Shown: in pieces, positions 1 to 16,600 of the stretch
Numbering within the stretch: position 1 is the stretch's first letter
Layout: each line of letters starts with the position of its first letter
Assembly (NCBI RefSeq): GCF_009914755.1
Contig: NC_060925.1
Origin: the human T2T-CHM13v2.0 reference genome, Homo sapiens
DNA: 64,000 bases
Reading direction: 5' to 3' (one strand)
Notes under the pieces: model-generated
The model's input: only the letters and a program-made list of their open reading frames with translations
What the model was told of the DNA's origin: nothing
Databases searched by the model: none
Position numbers and translations under genes: made by a program

Positions 1-553
1 TTTCTAAAATGCTTTTTTACATTTTGCTATATTCCAAAACGACATGTTGTTTAGTTTTGAATGTTGTTGGACTTTAAACAAATGGAATCATACTGTATGA
101 ATTTTCTGCAACTTGTGTGTTTTACTCAGACATTTGATCTTGAGTTTCATCCGTGTAGTTGTGTTTCACTGTAATTAATTCCTATAATAAGAATTATATG
201 GCGCTAGAGCATATAAATACACCACAGTGTGGTTTATTCATTCAGATGTGGATGAATGTTTGCATTGTTTCCATTTTTAAAACACGATCTAGACAAGACT
301 TTTTCGATCATTCTTGTATGAGTCCCTTTGTGCACACGTACAGGAGCTCTAGGGTATAATCCTGCATGCGGACCTGCTGGATTACAGGACACATGCATCT
401 TCATTCTTGCTAGATTATTTCTAATTATTTTTCAAGTGGTTGTACCAGTTGACACTCTCACCAGCAGTGTGAGTGTTCTGGTTTTTCCATCATAGCCAAC
501 ACCTGATTTTGTCAGACTTTCAAACTTTTGCCAGTCTGGTAGGTATGAAATAG

Positions 554-974
<421 letters not shown>

Positions 975-979
975 TAATG

Positions 980-1337
980 ATTTTTAAAATAATTTCAATT
1001 TCTATTTTAGATTCAAGGGGTACGTGTGCAAGTTTGTTCCATGGGTATATTATGCGCTGCTGCAGTTTGGAGTACAATCGATCCTGTCACCCATGTAGTG
1101 AGCATAGTACCCAATAGTTAGTTTTTCAATCCTTCCCTCCCCCTCCCACCTCTAGTAGTCTCCAGTCTGTTGTTGCCACCTTTGTGTCCACATGTACCCA
1201 GTGTTTAGCTCCCACTTATAAGTGAGAACATGCGATATTCGGTTTTCTGTTTCTGCATTAATTTGCTTAGGATAATGGCCTCCAGCTGCATCCATGTTGC
1301 CACAAAGGACATGATTTTGTTCTTTTTTATGGCTGCA
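980..1337 (-). mobile_element. L1PA/L1PB-type 3' end fragment
   Basis: Antisense L1 3'UTR motif (tttagctcccacttataagtgagaacatgcg...ggataatggcctccagctgcatccatgttgc). Confidence 0.8.
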
Positions 1338-2248
1338 CCTATCTTTTTCTATTAAGATGTCTTTTTCTTATAGACTTATATGACTTCTTTATGTATTTTG
1401 ATACTACCTCATTTGTATGTTGCAACAAATAGCTTCTCCATTTTTAATTGTTTTTTAAATTCTCTAACAGTTTCTTTTGGTGAACATATGTTCCAATTTT
1501 AGCTTAGCCAAACTTATCAAACATTTCCTTTATAGTTTATATTTTTGTATAAACTATTTATACAACAACTTTGTATGCAATCTTTCTTACTGAATGTTAT
1601 AATCACATTGCCTATATTATCTTCTAAAAGTTTTATAGTTTAGCCTTTCATGTTTAGGCCTACAGTCTATGTGAAATTGATGTTTGTGTTCAATAGGATA
1701 GATCCAATAGAAATAGGATCATATTTCTTTTTTTTTTTTTCCTGTGTGAATACTCAGTACTCTCAGCACCGTGAATTTCCACACTGTGAGCAATGGCAGC
1801 TTTGTCATAAATGTACATATACATATGGGTCTGTTTCTGGAACCTATTCTATTTCATTGTTCAGTATACCTCTGTGCCTCCACTATCTTAATTCCTAGAG
1901 CTTTTTAATAATTCTTGATACTTGATAGGGCAAGGCCTCTTGTCTTATTCTCCTTTGAGTGTGTCTTGGCTATTCTTGGTCCCTTGCACTTCTCTGTAAA
2001 CTTTGGGTTAACCCATCAAATTTCCCCCAAACCCCTTGTTGTGTTTTCTTCTCATTGCGTTTTGAGGTCTCTCTTTTGAGAGTGGCCCTAATGCAAGATT
2101 GTCACTCTTTAGGAGAGGCCTGCCCTGAGGAGAGCTAGGATCAGGTATGTCAGCCAGGTGAGACACGGAGGAGGTGGCACAGCAAAACATATGAAATAAC
2201 AGAAGCAGTTTTTAATTACTTAAAGATCACAGAGAGAAGAGGGCATCA

Positions 2249-2786
<538 letters not shown>

Positions 2787-3052
2787 TCACTGCAGCATAT
2801 CTGCACAGACAATGTAAGACGTGGGGGTTAGTGGGGCAAGTCAAGTAGGTTACCTCTAGTTGTCTTATAGGGAGGTGGTCGCCAGGAGGTGGTTGTATAA
2901 GGAAGATATCTGGATTAACCACACTGCAGAACTAGGAGGAGGTGGAGAACTGGAAATTGTGTCAAAGGCAACTAAACTCTACTTCTGGTATGAGGAAGTC
3001 CAACTTATATTTAAAACGGATGCCAAGGCAACATAGAATTATAAGAATTCAC

Positions 3053-3352
<300 letters not shown>

Positions 3353-3479
3353 AGAATTCACTACACCCCTGATCTAATTGAAACTTTACTACAGCAATCC
3401 TGTTGGAGGATTATTGGAGATTGATCCCTTGATGAATTTTAGGATAGGGTTTTTTTTTTTTTTAATATTTCTGCCCCAA

Positions 3480-4120
3480 AAAATGCTGTTGGGATTTTAA
3501 TAGCGATTGTATTCAAGCTGTAGATTACTTTGGGTAGTCTTGTCATCTTAACAATGTTAAGTCTGCCAATCCATGAGAAAAGGATGTCTTTTCATTTATT
3601 TATATCTTCCAGCAATGTTTCATAGTTTTCAGTGTGCAAGTCTTTTGCTTCCTTGGTTAAATTTATTTCTAAGTTGGTTTCTTGTTGTTGTTGTTGAGAC
3701 AGGGTCTTGCTCTGTTGCCTAGACTGGAGTGCAACACATTGAATAACCTAGATGAAATGAAAAATTCCTAGAAACACATAATCTACCAAAACTGACTAAT
3801 ACAGAAATGGAAAATTTTACTAGACCTATAATTATTAAGTAGATTGAATCAATAATTAAAATTGTTGACATACAATTATTCATAATACTGCCTTGTAGTC
3901 ATCTTTATTTCTGTAATATCACTAGTAATGTTCCCAGCATCGTTTTGTATTTTAGTAACTTGAGTCTTTTCTCTCGAATTTTTAGTCAGTCTCATCAAAG
4001 ATTTGTTAATTTTGTTGATCTTTTCAAAGAACAAACTTATGGTTTTGTTGATTTTCTTTATTGTTTTTCTATTCTCTATTTTCATTATTTTCATTCAATC
4101 TTCCTTTTCTCTTAGTTACT
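3480..4120 (-). mobile_element. Rearranged L1M ORF2 fragment with an inverted segment and an Alu tail remnant
   Basis: ORF 3876-4094 (-) is L1 ORF2-like (KINKTISLFFEKINKINKSL); 3738-3861 is L1 ORF2 on the + strand; Alu 3' remnant ~3680-3734. Confidence 0.75.
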
Positions 4121-4759
4121 ACTTCCTCAGGAAGAGAGTATGTAGGAAGTGGGGGCTTAAAACACAAGGTGCAAGGTACAGCCTTTTTTTGGAGATGTAT
4201 GAAAATGGGTCTGACTAGGCATAGAGGAAAAGCCGAGCTCAGCCGCTGCCTTTGCTGTGGAACTCTAAGCTGGAATTTAGGCAGTGTGCTACTCGGAGAT
4301 CTTCATAAGGCTGGAAGTTATTGACACTTAGCTTATCAATAGGAGGGAGTCCAAGAAAGGTCCTTTTCTAAGGCAGAATAAGGAAAACTAGAATGAGATT
4401 AAGTGGAACTAGGTAATAGTAGTTCAGCAAATTAACCCAGAGTCAGGAATTCAGCAGGGCTTTTTGTGTGAAAATATAACACCCCATATCAGAACTCAAG
4501 CATGAGAAACTAATTCTTGGGGAGCTTTTTTCCATGTTTGTCTTTTTTCCATGTTTCCTTTGTGAAGGGAGTAGTCTCCCTACCTTTTCCCAGGGTAGGA
4601 AATGTGTGATAAAAAGGTAAAGGAGAGGTAGCTACAAGTGAGTTCTTATTAACTAGGAAGGTAATTCACTTGCACGTAGATGCTTTGTAGTTCCTTCCAT
4701 CTTTTTTTGTAAATGGTATTTCCCTTTTTCATATGTTCTTTTAAAAAAAAGCATTATAT

Positions 4760-4868
4760 ATTTATAGAGAAAGGGTCTCACAGTGTTGCCCAGGCTAGTC
4801 TTGAACTCCTGGGCTCAAGGATCCTCCCACCTCAGCCTCCCAAGGTGTTGGGATTACACATATGAGTC
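4760..4868 (-). mobile_element. Alu monomer (FLAM/left arm)
   Basis: agagaaagggtctcacagtgttgcccaggctagtcttgaactcctgggctcaag... Confidence 0.8.
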
Positions 4869-5211
4869 CATTTTTTATATGTTCTAATTAGAAAATATAT
4901 AGTTTATTTTTGACATTTTAATAGTATATTTATATATAAAATGCATGTAGACTAGACTATATGCTACTTCAGTCTCTCTACCTATCCATAGTTGGGAAAA
5001 TCAGGTGGGTCCCTATGGCCATAATAAAAGGACCCACTGCTTCACGTCAGGTACCTACTAGAAAATAAGCAACCTCCCACTTACCGGCTTTGCAAATCCA
5101 AATCTATTAAGTGGCTCCACTGTCACAGTAAGTATTTCATTGTTGATTAGACCAGGCATTCTTAAAGACATAACTATTTTAATATTATTAAGTTGCTTAA
5201 AGAGTCACTGA

Positions 5212-6582
<1,371 letters not shown>

Positions 6583-7534
6583 CTCACTGAAGAAAAATTA
6601 CGAAGATCTATAAATATGTAGCAAAGTAGAATAGCCTTTGTACTAATTTCAAATCATGTCTCTATCACTTACCAACTGGGCAACTTTGAGTAGTGTATAT
6701 ATCTTCACTGTTTTTCTCAGGTCATGTTTGGGTGCAACAATTAGATACTTACTCAAGCTAGTACATATAAAAGGGAACTTTATTAAAAAGATATGGATCT
6801 TACAACATCCAAAGAGCAGATGAACAACTGCATCCATTCTTGGTAACATTTATGGGAAACTGAGACTTAGGTAAGTTAAGTCTCTTAACTACTAAACCTT
6901 ATGGGAGAGGAAATCCATACATGTACTGAGAACTGCTTAGGAATGAATCAATTATGTGTTTTGTACTTACATGAATCTACTATTTTTCTAATGTATGTAA
7001 ATGCTACTCTGAGTAGACAAGTTCAAGTATATTTTAAAGTGTGGCTTTTATCATGTTCTTTCTCAGCCAAGAGACAGTCAATATACATGGGAGTATCCAT
7101 AAACTTTTTACTTTAAAAATAGTTCCTTTTAAAAAAAGTTATATATGTACATAGTTTAAAGAGTCAAATAGTAAAAGCGAAGAGCTTGATGGGAGTCCCC
7201 CTTCCATTCCCAACTTTGCCCTCTATTTCCTGCCCTTCAGAAATACTTATAATTTTTTGGAATTTACCTACATATCTCTAAATAACATGCTTGTCTTGCT
7301 CTTTCTTGACTTTTTTGGTAGTAGGAATAATCTACTTATTTCCCACTAAGGAAGAGAGGGATTTAGTTTTCTTTATACATTTCACTTTCACATGTGGTTA
7401 GTTAACATTCAGTGTTTGCATTCTTATGACCTATGTAAATGCTATTCACAACTGAGCCGTGTAGTATACTATGATTATTATTTCTTTCCTGTAAAGCCTT
7501 TTGTTTTTTTCTGAAGGTAATATTTGCCTTTTCT

Positions 7535-9057
7535 AGAGCCCACATAGTGAAAGCAAGAGTAAGTAAGCAAGCAAACAAACAAACCCACAAAACTCAAAAA
7601 CAAATCTAGAGACATCACACATTACCTGACTTCAAACTATACTACAAAACTATTGTTACTGAAACAACATGGTACTGGCATAAAAGTGGGTGTGTAGACC
7701 TATGGAACAGAAAAGAGAACCCAGAAATAAAGCCAAATACAGCCAACTGATCTTCAGCAAAGCAAACAAAAACATAAAGTGGGACAAAGGACACCCTAAC
7801 AAATGGTGCTGGGATAATTGGCAAGCCACATGTAGAAGAATGAAGCTGGCTCCTCATCTCTTACCTTATATAAAAATCAACTTAAGATGGATAAAGACTT
7901 AAATCTAATACCTGAAGTCACAAAAATTCTATATGACAATATTGGAAAAACTCTTCTAGACATTGGCTTAGGCAAGGACTTCATGAACCCAAAAGCAAAT
8001 GCAATGAAAACAAAGATAAATAGATGGGACCTAATTAAACTAGAAAGCTACTGCACAGCAAAAGAAATAATCAACAGAGTAAACAGACAACTCAGAGAAT
8101 GGGAGAAAATATTCACAAACTGTGCATCTGAGAAAGGACTAATATCCAGAATCTACAAGGAACTCAAACAAATCAGCAAGAAAAAAACCAAATAATCCCA
8201 TCAAAAAGTGGGCAAAGAACATGAATAGACAATTCTCAACAAATATATATATACTAATGCCCAACACGAAAAAATGCTCAACAACTGTAATTATCAGGGA
8301 AATGCAAATCAAAATCACAATGTGACACCAACTTACTCCTGCATTTGAATGGCCATGATTTAAAAATAAAAAAAAAATAACAGATATTGGCATGGATGTG
8401 GTGAAAGGAGAACACTTTTATACTGCTGGTGGGAATGTAAACTAGTACAACCACTATGGAAAACAGTATAGAGATTTTTTAAAGAACTGAAAGTATTGTA
8501 GAACTATTGTTTGATCCAGCAATCCCACTACTGGGTATCTACCCAGAGGAAAATAAGTCATTATATGAAAAAGACACTTGCACATGCAGGTTTATAGCAG
8601 CATAATTCACAATTGTAAAAATATGGAACCAGCCTAAATGCCCATCAACCAACAAATGGATAAAGAAAATGTGGTGTATACATATACCATGAAATACTAT
8701 TTAGCCATAAAAAGGAACAAAATAATGGCATTCAAAACAATCTGGATGGAGTTGGAGACCATTATTCTAAGTGAAGTAACTCAGGAATGGAAAACCAAAC
8801 ATCCTATGTTCTCACTTATGAGCAGGAGCTTGCAGGGAAGGGTGGGAGGGAGGCAAAGGATAAAAAACTGCATATTGGGTACAGTGTACACTGCTCGGAT
8901 GAAGGGTGGACGAAAATCTCAGAAATCACTACTAAAGAACTTTTCCATGCACCCAGACACCACCTCTTCCCCCAAAACTATTGAAATAAAAATTTAAAAA
9001 ATAAAAACAACAATGACGACAACAAAAAGCTATTCCAACTGGTAAAATAAAAAGTTA
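7535..9057 (+). mobile_element. 5'-truncated L1PB-type element (ORF2 C-terminus + 3'UTR)
   Basis: ORF2 peptides ([27 protein letters not shown]); G-rich 3'UTR (G4 motif 8835-8850); TSD aatatttgccttttct (7519-7534) / aacattcgccttttct (9058-9073). Confidence 0.9.
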
Positions 9058-10372
9058 AACATTCGCCTTTTCTGTTTGGTAGTTAGTTTTCTTTGTACTT
9101 ACTACTAATTTATTTCCCTAACTTGCTCCCAAGATATAAATCTGCCTTCAGTACTTAAACACATTAGGTATTTCCAACAATTTCATCTTCTTGATGATTC
9201 CAGAACCTTCTGACTTGCTCCAGGCTGGGCTACTTATGCTCTATGCCTACTGCACAGCTGCCATCTTAAGGGTTTCCTTCACCATTATCCTAGAAATTCC
9301 CTTTGCCTTCCTTGTTTTTGATCCCCTGTATTCCGTATCCATTGTCTTTCTCTTTCTTAGTGAGTCTCTCATTTTGGTGACTGGTACTATTATTTGGTGT
9401 AGGTACTAGTACCTAGTATCTCCCTGATAAAGGTTGCATGAGAAGTGTTTTGAGATCTTATATACCTAAAAATGTCTTTATTCTGCCTACACACTCAATT
9501 ACAGTTTGACTCTACAAAATTTTGGATTAGAAAACACTTTCTCTGCCTCATTATCTTCTAATTTCCAGTGTTGCTGCTAATTCAATGTCTTTCTGATTCT
9601 TTATACTTTTGTTGAAACTCCCTTCTCCGTCTTTCTCCTCTTTCTGAAAGCTTGTAGGATTTTCTCTTTGGTTGTCTAAAGTTTCACAGAGTATTTTTGT
9701 GTTTTCATCTGTTGTGCTGAGAGTTCAGAGGGCCCTTTCAATCTGGAAACTCATGTTTTCCATCCAGGGATATCTCAATTATTTCTTTGTCGATGTCTTG
9801 TTTTTCATGTAGAGAGTAGAGAACAACTCTATTGAAATTTTTTGTTCAGATGTTGGACCTCCTGAACTGATCATGTTTTTTTTTTCTTTTTTTTTTTTCT
9901 TTCTGTTTTCTCTCTCTGCCTTTGGCTCTATTTCTGAGTGATTTCTTCCATTTTAACTTCTTGCCCTTGAGATATTCATCTTGTCATCTTTTTTAATTTC
10001 TAAGAACGCCATTTTTGAGGTTCCTTTTTGTCTTTTCATAAGCTCTGTTTCCTCCAAGTTGTTGTTTTCTGTTTATTTATTTTGGCCTCTGTCTTTCATT
10101 GTAAAGGTTTTCCTCAAATGCCGCAATGAGTCTCAGCCCATTGTATTTGAGTGGTGTCTCCATAGAGTCCATTGGAAACTCTGAGCATGTTGGGTGTGAC
10201 TTGTCAAATGTGGGTTTTACTAGGCTGGTCTGGCTGAAGAACTTCTTTGACAAATCTCTTTATGTCAGTATCTCTAGGTCATTTGTATTGGGATCTGATT
10301 CTGCAAGGAAGGCTCCTCCAGTGTTCCATCTAGATGGTAAAAGTCTGGCTGACAATGTCTAGGGACTGAGTG

Positions 10373-10781
10373 TACTATGGTTTAGATATTTGACCCCTGC
10401 AAACCTCATGCTGAAATTTGATCACCAGTGCTGGAGGTGGAGTCTAATGGGAGATGTTTGGGTCATGAGGGTGGATTCCTCAGGAAGGGATTGGTGTCGT
10501 CCTCATGGTAATGAGTGAGTTCTTGCTCTGTTAGTTCCTGAGAGAGCTGGTTGTTAAAAAGAGCCTGGAACTTTCCCCCCCTCTCTCTTTCTTCCTCTCT
10601 GGCCACATGAGCTTTGCACAGACCAGCTCCTGTTTGCCATTTGCCATGATTGGAGACAGCCTGAGGCTCTCACCAGATGCCCAGTGTTCCAGTCAGCAGA
10701 ATTGTGTGTTAAATAAGCCTTTTCTTTTCTTTATACCCAGCCTTAGGTATTCCTTTCTAGCAACACAAACGGACAAAGACA
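10373..10781 (+). mobile_element. MST-family MaLR solo LTR
   Basis: MST motifs; 5-bp TSD GAGTG on both sides. Confidence 0.88.
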
Positions 10782-11136
10782 GAGTGAACATAAGCCTGGG
10801 GTGGATGTTGGTGGGGAGTGTCTCGAAATCAGTCTGTAAATCTTCAACAGATTCCTTGCTCATGTTTTTAGTATGTTATCCCTACCCTCAGCTGTGCCTA
10901 GAATCCTGACATTTTACCCCAATAAGAGAGTAAACATCTAGTCTTCAGCCAAGTGCTGAGGGAATGACGGGCTGGGGAGTATCTAACTATATCTTAAATA
11001 GACTTTGAGTCAGACCCCTTATATTTGGCCCCCACTTTCATCCATACTCCCAAAGGTACCTGGGCTGGTTTAGGATTCAGCCTTCTAAGTCAGTGATCAG
11101 CCACTCATCCATCTGCTTTCCAGTTTCCGTTACCAT

Positions 11137-11995
11137 TGTAAACCAAAAACTATCTGACACAAGCCTCCACCAATATAGAGGTTTATTTTGCCAAGGTTGA
11201 AGACATGCCTGGGAAAAGGAGACATAAGCCACCGTAGGATCTGTAGCCTGTGCTTTTTCTGAAGAGGATTTCAAGGGCTTCAATATTTAAAGCGGAAAAG
11301 TGGGCAAAAGGGGAAAGGGCAAAGCAAAAAAAGGAGGTCGCATTCTTCTGAATCCACATGTTACACACGAAAAGGAGGGGTAGGCCAGTAATCCCAGCAC
11401 TTTTGGGAGCCCAAGGTGGGTGGATCATGAGGTCAGGAGATCGAGACCATCCTGGCTAACATGGTGAAACCTTGTCTCTACTAAAAATACAAAAATTAGC
11501 CAGGCATGGTGGTGCATGCCTATAATCCCAGCTACTTGGGAGACTGAGGCAGGAGAATCGCTTGAACCAGGGAGTCGGAGGTTGCGGTGGCCACAGCCTG
11601 ATGACAGAGCGAGACTCTGTCTCAAAAAAAAAAAAAGAAAAGGAGGGGTAGAGGGAACAGTTAATTATGTATTCACCTTGTGTTTAATGAATCTGCACTT
11701 TACATAAGATAAACACAGAGTAGAGAAAGCAGTCAAATATGCATTCATCTTGGGGTAGATGAGGACAATTCTAGTCTCCTCTTTTCCCATACCATGAGGA
11801 TAGGCTGTTAATTTACATTGTCAGGGTGAGGGAGGCCCCCAGTGGAAACATATGGCCTCTATCTGTGGCTCTCAGTTTAGGAACAAAAGAAAATGCAATT
11901 GTTTTCTTTGTTTTTTTGTAACTTGGCTTCCAAGCTTAATTTTTCCCTTTTGGCATAGTGAATTTGGGGTCCTGAAATTTTATTTTCCTTTCATA
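11137..11995 (-). mobile_element. MER4-group ERV1 solo LTR with an internal Alu (~11382-11637, +)
   Basis: 4-bp TSD CCAT; minus strand begins TATGAAAGGAAAATAAAA; the Alu is flanked by TSD aaaaggaggggtag. Confidence 0.85.
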
Positions 11996-14900
11996 CCATG
12001 TTGCTTTTGTCTTTGTCCTTTTCACTTTGTTCTGGGGATTTAGGCTTTACCCAAGTCTTTTTCCGGTTTTGATGGTTTTTTTGGAGAGATTGGAGGCTGA
12101 GTGTGTTTAGTCTTCCATCTTTAACCAGAACCCTGACATTTCTTGAAGTAAAAAAGGCATCATTACAGGGAAAAGACCGGACATCATTGCTTAGTGATTC
12201 CTAATCAGTTCTCTTACTTTCTTCTACCCTTTTGAAAACCTTTTCCTTTCCTGTTTCTTTTTCACAGGTTTCTACTATGTCTTGATTAATCTGATTGTGT
12301 GTATTGACTAATTGAGTGGTACAAATAATAATCAGACACATGACAAATTTCTCCTTGCTCTTGAGAATACAATAAGAAGAGCCCAAAGCGTGTTGGATAC
12401 CTCCTCACTGGCTCCCTTTAAGAGAAGTAAATTGTGCTTCTTTTGAAAACAGTGCTATTGCATATAGTTGGCATCATGAGAGAAAAAAAGAATTGTCATT
12501 CTTATGAGCCCATTATTTTGTTATTGATTGGTTGGCTTTTTAAAGGTGACAGGAATCATTTTTCTTTTCTCGGAAGATGATTTAAGGTCAAATTTAGCTC
12601 ATCTCCTTTGCCAAGGATCTTTGGGGATAACATTTAAGTCACTTATAAACCTAGACTTTGAGAGACAGACTCTTCATACCTAAATTACAGGGGGATAAGG
12701 AGGACTGTGGGAAGCCTGGAGAGCAGGTAGCTGCAGCTGCACATCCTGGATGCCTTTTCACATCTCTGGAATCAGACTGAGTGTGCGTGAGGTTGTAACA
12801 TTAAACATTTATCTGTACAGGTGATGGGGGTGGACATGCACAAAATAGGGAAAGAATCATGATAACAAAAATTGGACAGAGGGGGTGTGGGGAGGGCTGT
12901 GGAAGCTGGTTCCTCTTCCTGACAACCTTTGCCTTTTCTTTCATAATATTTACATACAATTCAGCTGTTTGGCTTTGACATGCTGAGGGCCTGGGGTTCC
13001 CTTCATCCTTTCTTTGTGCCTCCTCCAGCTGTTCCTGGGTTTATTTATTTCTTTTAACTGCTATTTATAGTCCATAGGTAGCCACAGATGGCCAGTTCTT
13101 AAAGTGTGTTGGTGTGTGAACAGAATTTTAGAGGTAAACATTTTCTTATTATGTGCAGAGACAGATGTGGCTGGGCTTTTCTTTTGTAGGGTTTGTCCAT
13201 GACAAGTATGTTACATAAAGATAGAAAAGAACAGAGCACGGTTTTTTTTTTCCTCCCTAATGTAGCTACCAGTTAATTTTTAATCTAAAATAATGGTGAT
13301 GGATTTTGAAGTGCCTGGGGCGGTAGCCTGTGTGCAATACACCTGGATCAATCACCGCAGAACTTCCTTCTTACGTGTACATGTAATGAAATGGAAGACA
13401 CTTTATTCACCCAAATTCTTCTTGGAGAGAAGGAGTATGAGTTTGGAAGAAATATTTTGAGAAGCCTGTTGAAATCAGCGTGGGGGACTCCAAGTGGCAT
13501 ATTCAGGAATCAGAAGGTGTTCCAAATGCCTTCTAAAGAGGCTGAGACCTGCCATATGGAGGACTTTGTTTTTCTCAATACTAAGATGGTCAGGTCTATA
13601 AGTTCGGAGGTTTGGAGCTGCCATGTATCTAAATTGCTCTTAATAATAGAGGGGAAAAAGAATTTGCCTTTGTTGATTCACTTATCTGTTCATTATTTCA
13701 GACATCTTTGTTGAGTCCTTTCTCTCCATGGTACTCGGCCACATTGCCTGAGTGGATGTGTTGCTGGGGCACACAGCATGTGCTGGGAGTTTACAGAAGC
13801 TTCAGAATATACATGGGCCATCTTCCTGGGGCATTAGTGGACTCCATAAGTGGATTATGGAGATGCAACATTCATCTCCGTTTGTAAAAACATTACATTT
13901 TAAAGAAGTTATTCTGGGTCCACTTGAGTCTGTGCTCTTAGATATTTCCTCCTCTTTCATAGTATGTACTTACTGTCCCCAGGCACATGCAAAGTGCTGT
14001 AAGATTTCACAGGATGGAGAGAACATCTGTGGCAGTGGACAGAGTCGTGAGTGACCACAGAAGGCTTTCTGGAGGCAGGACTTGAGGTGAGTTTCAAAGG
14101 ACTAGGGGTGTGTATTAGGGAGCAATTGGTGAATGTGTGTTTGGGAGAGGGCCATGCCGGGTGAGGGAATGTCATGAATCCCAGCTCAATGGTGGAAATG
14201 TCAACCAGAGTGGACCAGTTTGGCCACACTATGTGAGAGTGAGGGATAAAATCTGAGTTGCATATGGGGATCAGCAGGTAAGAGACACCCATCAACTCTC
14301 CCGTTCATTATTAGAAATTTCTGATGATTTTGGACATCATCAAATAGATAGTTTAGGGAAGATAACAAGAGGATGGTAAGCTATGGTGGAGGGTGAGTTT
14401 AGACACCAAGTTGTTTGGTTTAGTGATTCCTAATCAGAGATGCACTTCAGACTTACCTGCAGAACATTTTAAACTAACAATGCTGGGGCTCCTACCATTG
14501 GAGACTCTGATTCAGTAGGTCTGTTGTAGAGCCTATGGAGTCTGTATGTGGAAGAGTTCTTCAGCCAATTTTGTTATATTCCCTGGCTAAAAATCCATGA
14601 AATAGAAGGTGATTGTAATGGCCTACTTTTAATGTAATGGAACTTGGATTTCTGGTGGTGGCAATGGAAATGGATAAGAAGGGTTGAATTTGAAACACTT
14701 TGTAATACAAGAATAAGCAAGACATGAATTGATATTAGACCAGTCGCTGCTCCAATGTATGTGATGTTCTGGACCATACCCCACTTCCTGTCGTATTTTC
14801 CACATTAGCATAGCTAAGTTCTGCAACTCACTCAGCACTGCATTAGCCTCACTTATAGCCCTTTCTTTGGAAATAATTTCACTGACAGCATAGTTCTTTG

Positions 14901-16285
14901 AGAACTTAGCGGACAACTTTTAAAAAGGATATTTTTGCACATCATTATTGCTGACACTATTATTATTCATGTTTTAAAAGCTATTTTATTATAAATCTCA
15001 GCTTGAGTTTTGTTCAATTCTGCTCTTTAAAAGAAAGTTACAATACACAGAACAAAGGCATTAGAAAAAAGAAATTTTCAAGTTTCTATTGCCTAGAGAA
15101 GTATACAGTCCCCATAAACATTCCAGGTCTAATTTGTCCTTGAACATCCTTAGAATAACGGTAGACTTAAAGACAATATTATGCCTGGCAGTATTTAGGA
15201 CAGCAAGGCACTTCTTGATCTTGGACAAACAGGATTTAAGTTTTGTTTGGGGGCTAGAAAAATAAATAACCAGTTCTATCACAAACCCTTTATGCCGGAG
15301 TAGACAATATTTCACTAAAAGACAGAGAAAAAGTGCTGATGTAAATCCTTCCTTTTTGGGAAGCTGATTCTTTTTGTCATGGAACAAAGACTGGTAAAAA
15401 TATTCACATTTGCAGTCATCAGGATGGCAAAACTTGAATTTGATGCAGAAATGCATTTATCATTTGATATATTTTTTCTGGCTGCATGATTCAGCATTTT
15501 GATTTGCATTGACCATTTTGGAAAAATGAAGCATTTCTTGGTTGTGAAATAATTTGTTTCTTTGGAATATTCCAGTTTGTGGCCTAGTTGACTATGTAGT
15601 GTTTTCCCCAGACTTAGTGTAAGATAAGAAAATGAGAATCTCAGCAATGCCTAATGGGTTGGCCCAGCATTAAGTCTATGAGGATAGGACCAAGGGACAT
15701 CTTTAGGAATGGGAACGACACAGCTACATCTGCTGACATCAGCTTCTAAAGAACCCCTCAAACGTGCTGACTTACTCAATAATCTGTTAGAGACCAATAA
15801 AGCATGAATTCATGTGAAAAACTCTTGAAGAGCATTCAGTTTTCAGCCTGCATCACCTCTCTCCATTTCCCTCGCATTGAGACCCCAGCTCTGTAGCACA
15901 TCACTCAAGTCCTTCAGGGTTTGCTGCAACTTACTTTTCCTTACCATTCCTGAGATGTCATTCTTGTTCATGCCTCCAAGCCTTTGCACTTGCCCTTTGT
16001 TCATAATGCCTTCCTTGCCTGTTTCCCTAGATCGAATCCTACTCGCTTATTTTTCCAGGCCTGTCTTAACGTCTCAATGTCTCCTCTACCGCAAAGCCTT
16101 CCAGACCCCGCAATCACTCAACATACGTAATGAGCATCTGCCATATGCCAGGCACTGTGCTGATGTTGTGACTAAAGATGCGTAGGACATAGTCTCTTCA
16201 AGGGACCACATGTGTGCTTCCAGAGCCATATCCTACACGTGCCCAGTAATATACTGGTGATATTAAACCAAAGCACAGTTCTTTT

Positions 16286-16600
16286 ATTCTTTTTTTTTTT
16301 TTATTTTTGAGACAGGGCCCTGCTCCATTGCCCAGGCTGGATTGCAGTGATGAAATCATGGGTCACTGCAGTCTTGAACTCTTGGGCTCAAGCGGTCCTC
16401 CTGCCTCAACCTCCCAAGTAGCCAGGACTACAGACACATCACCACACCTGGATAATTTAAAAACTTTTTTTTTTTTGTAGAGATGGGGGTCTCACTATGT
16501 TGCCCAGGCTGGTTTTGAACTCCTGGGCTCAAGTGATCCTCCCACTTTGGCCTTTCAAAGTGCTGAGATTACAAACCTAAATGAGCCACCGCACCTAGCC
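16286..16600 (-). mobile_element. AluJ
   Basis: Diverged antisense Alu dimer. Confidence 0.9.
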
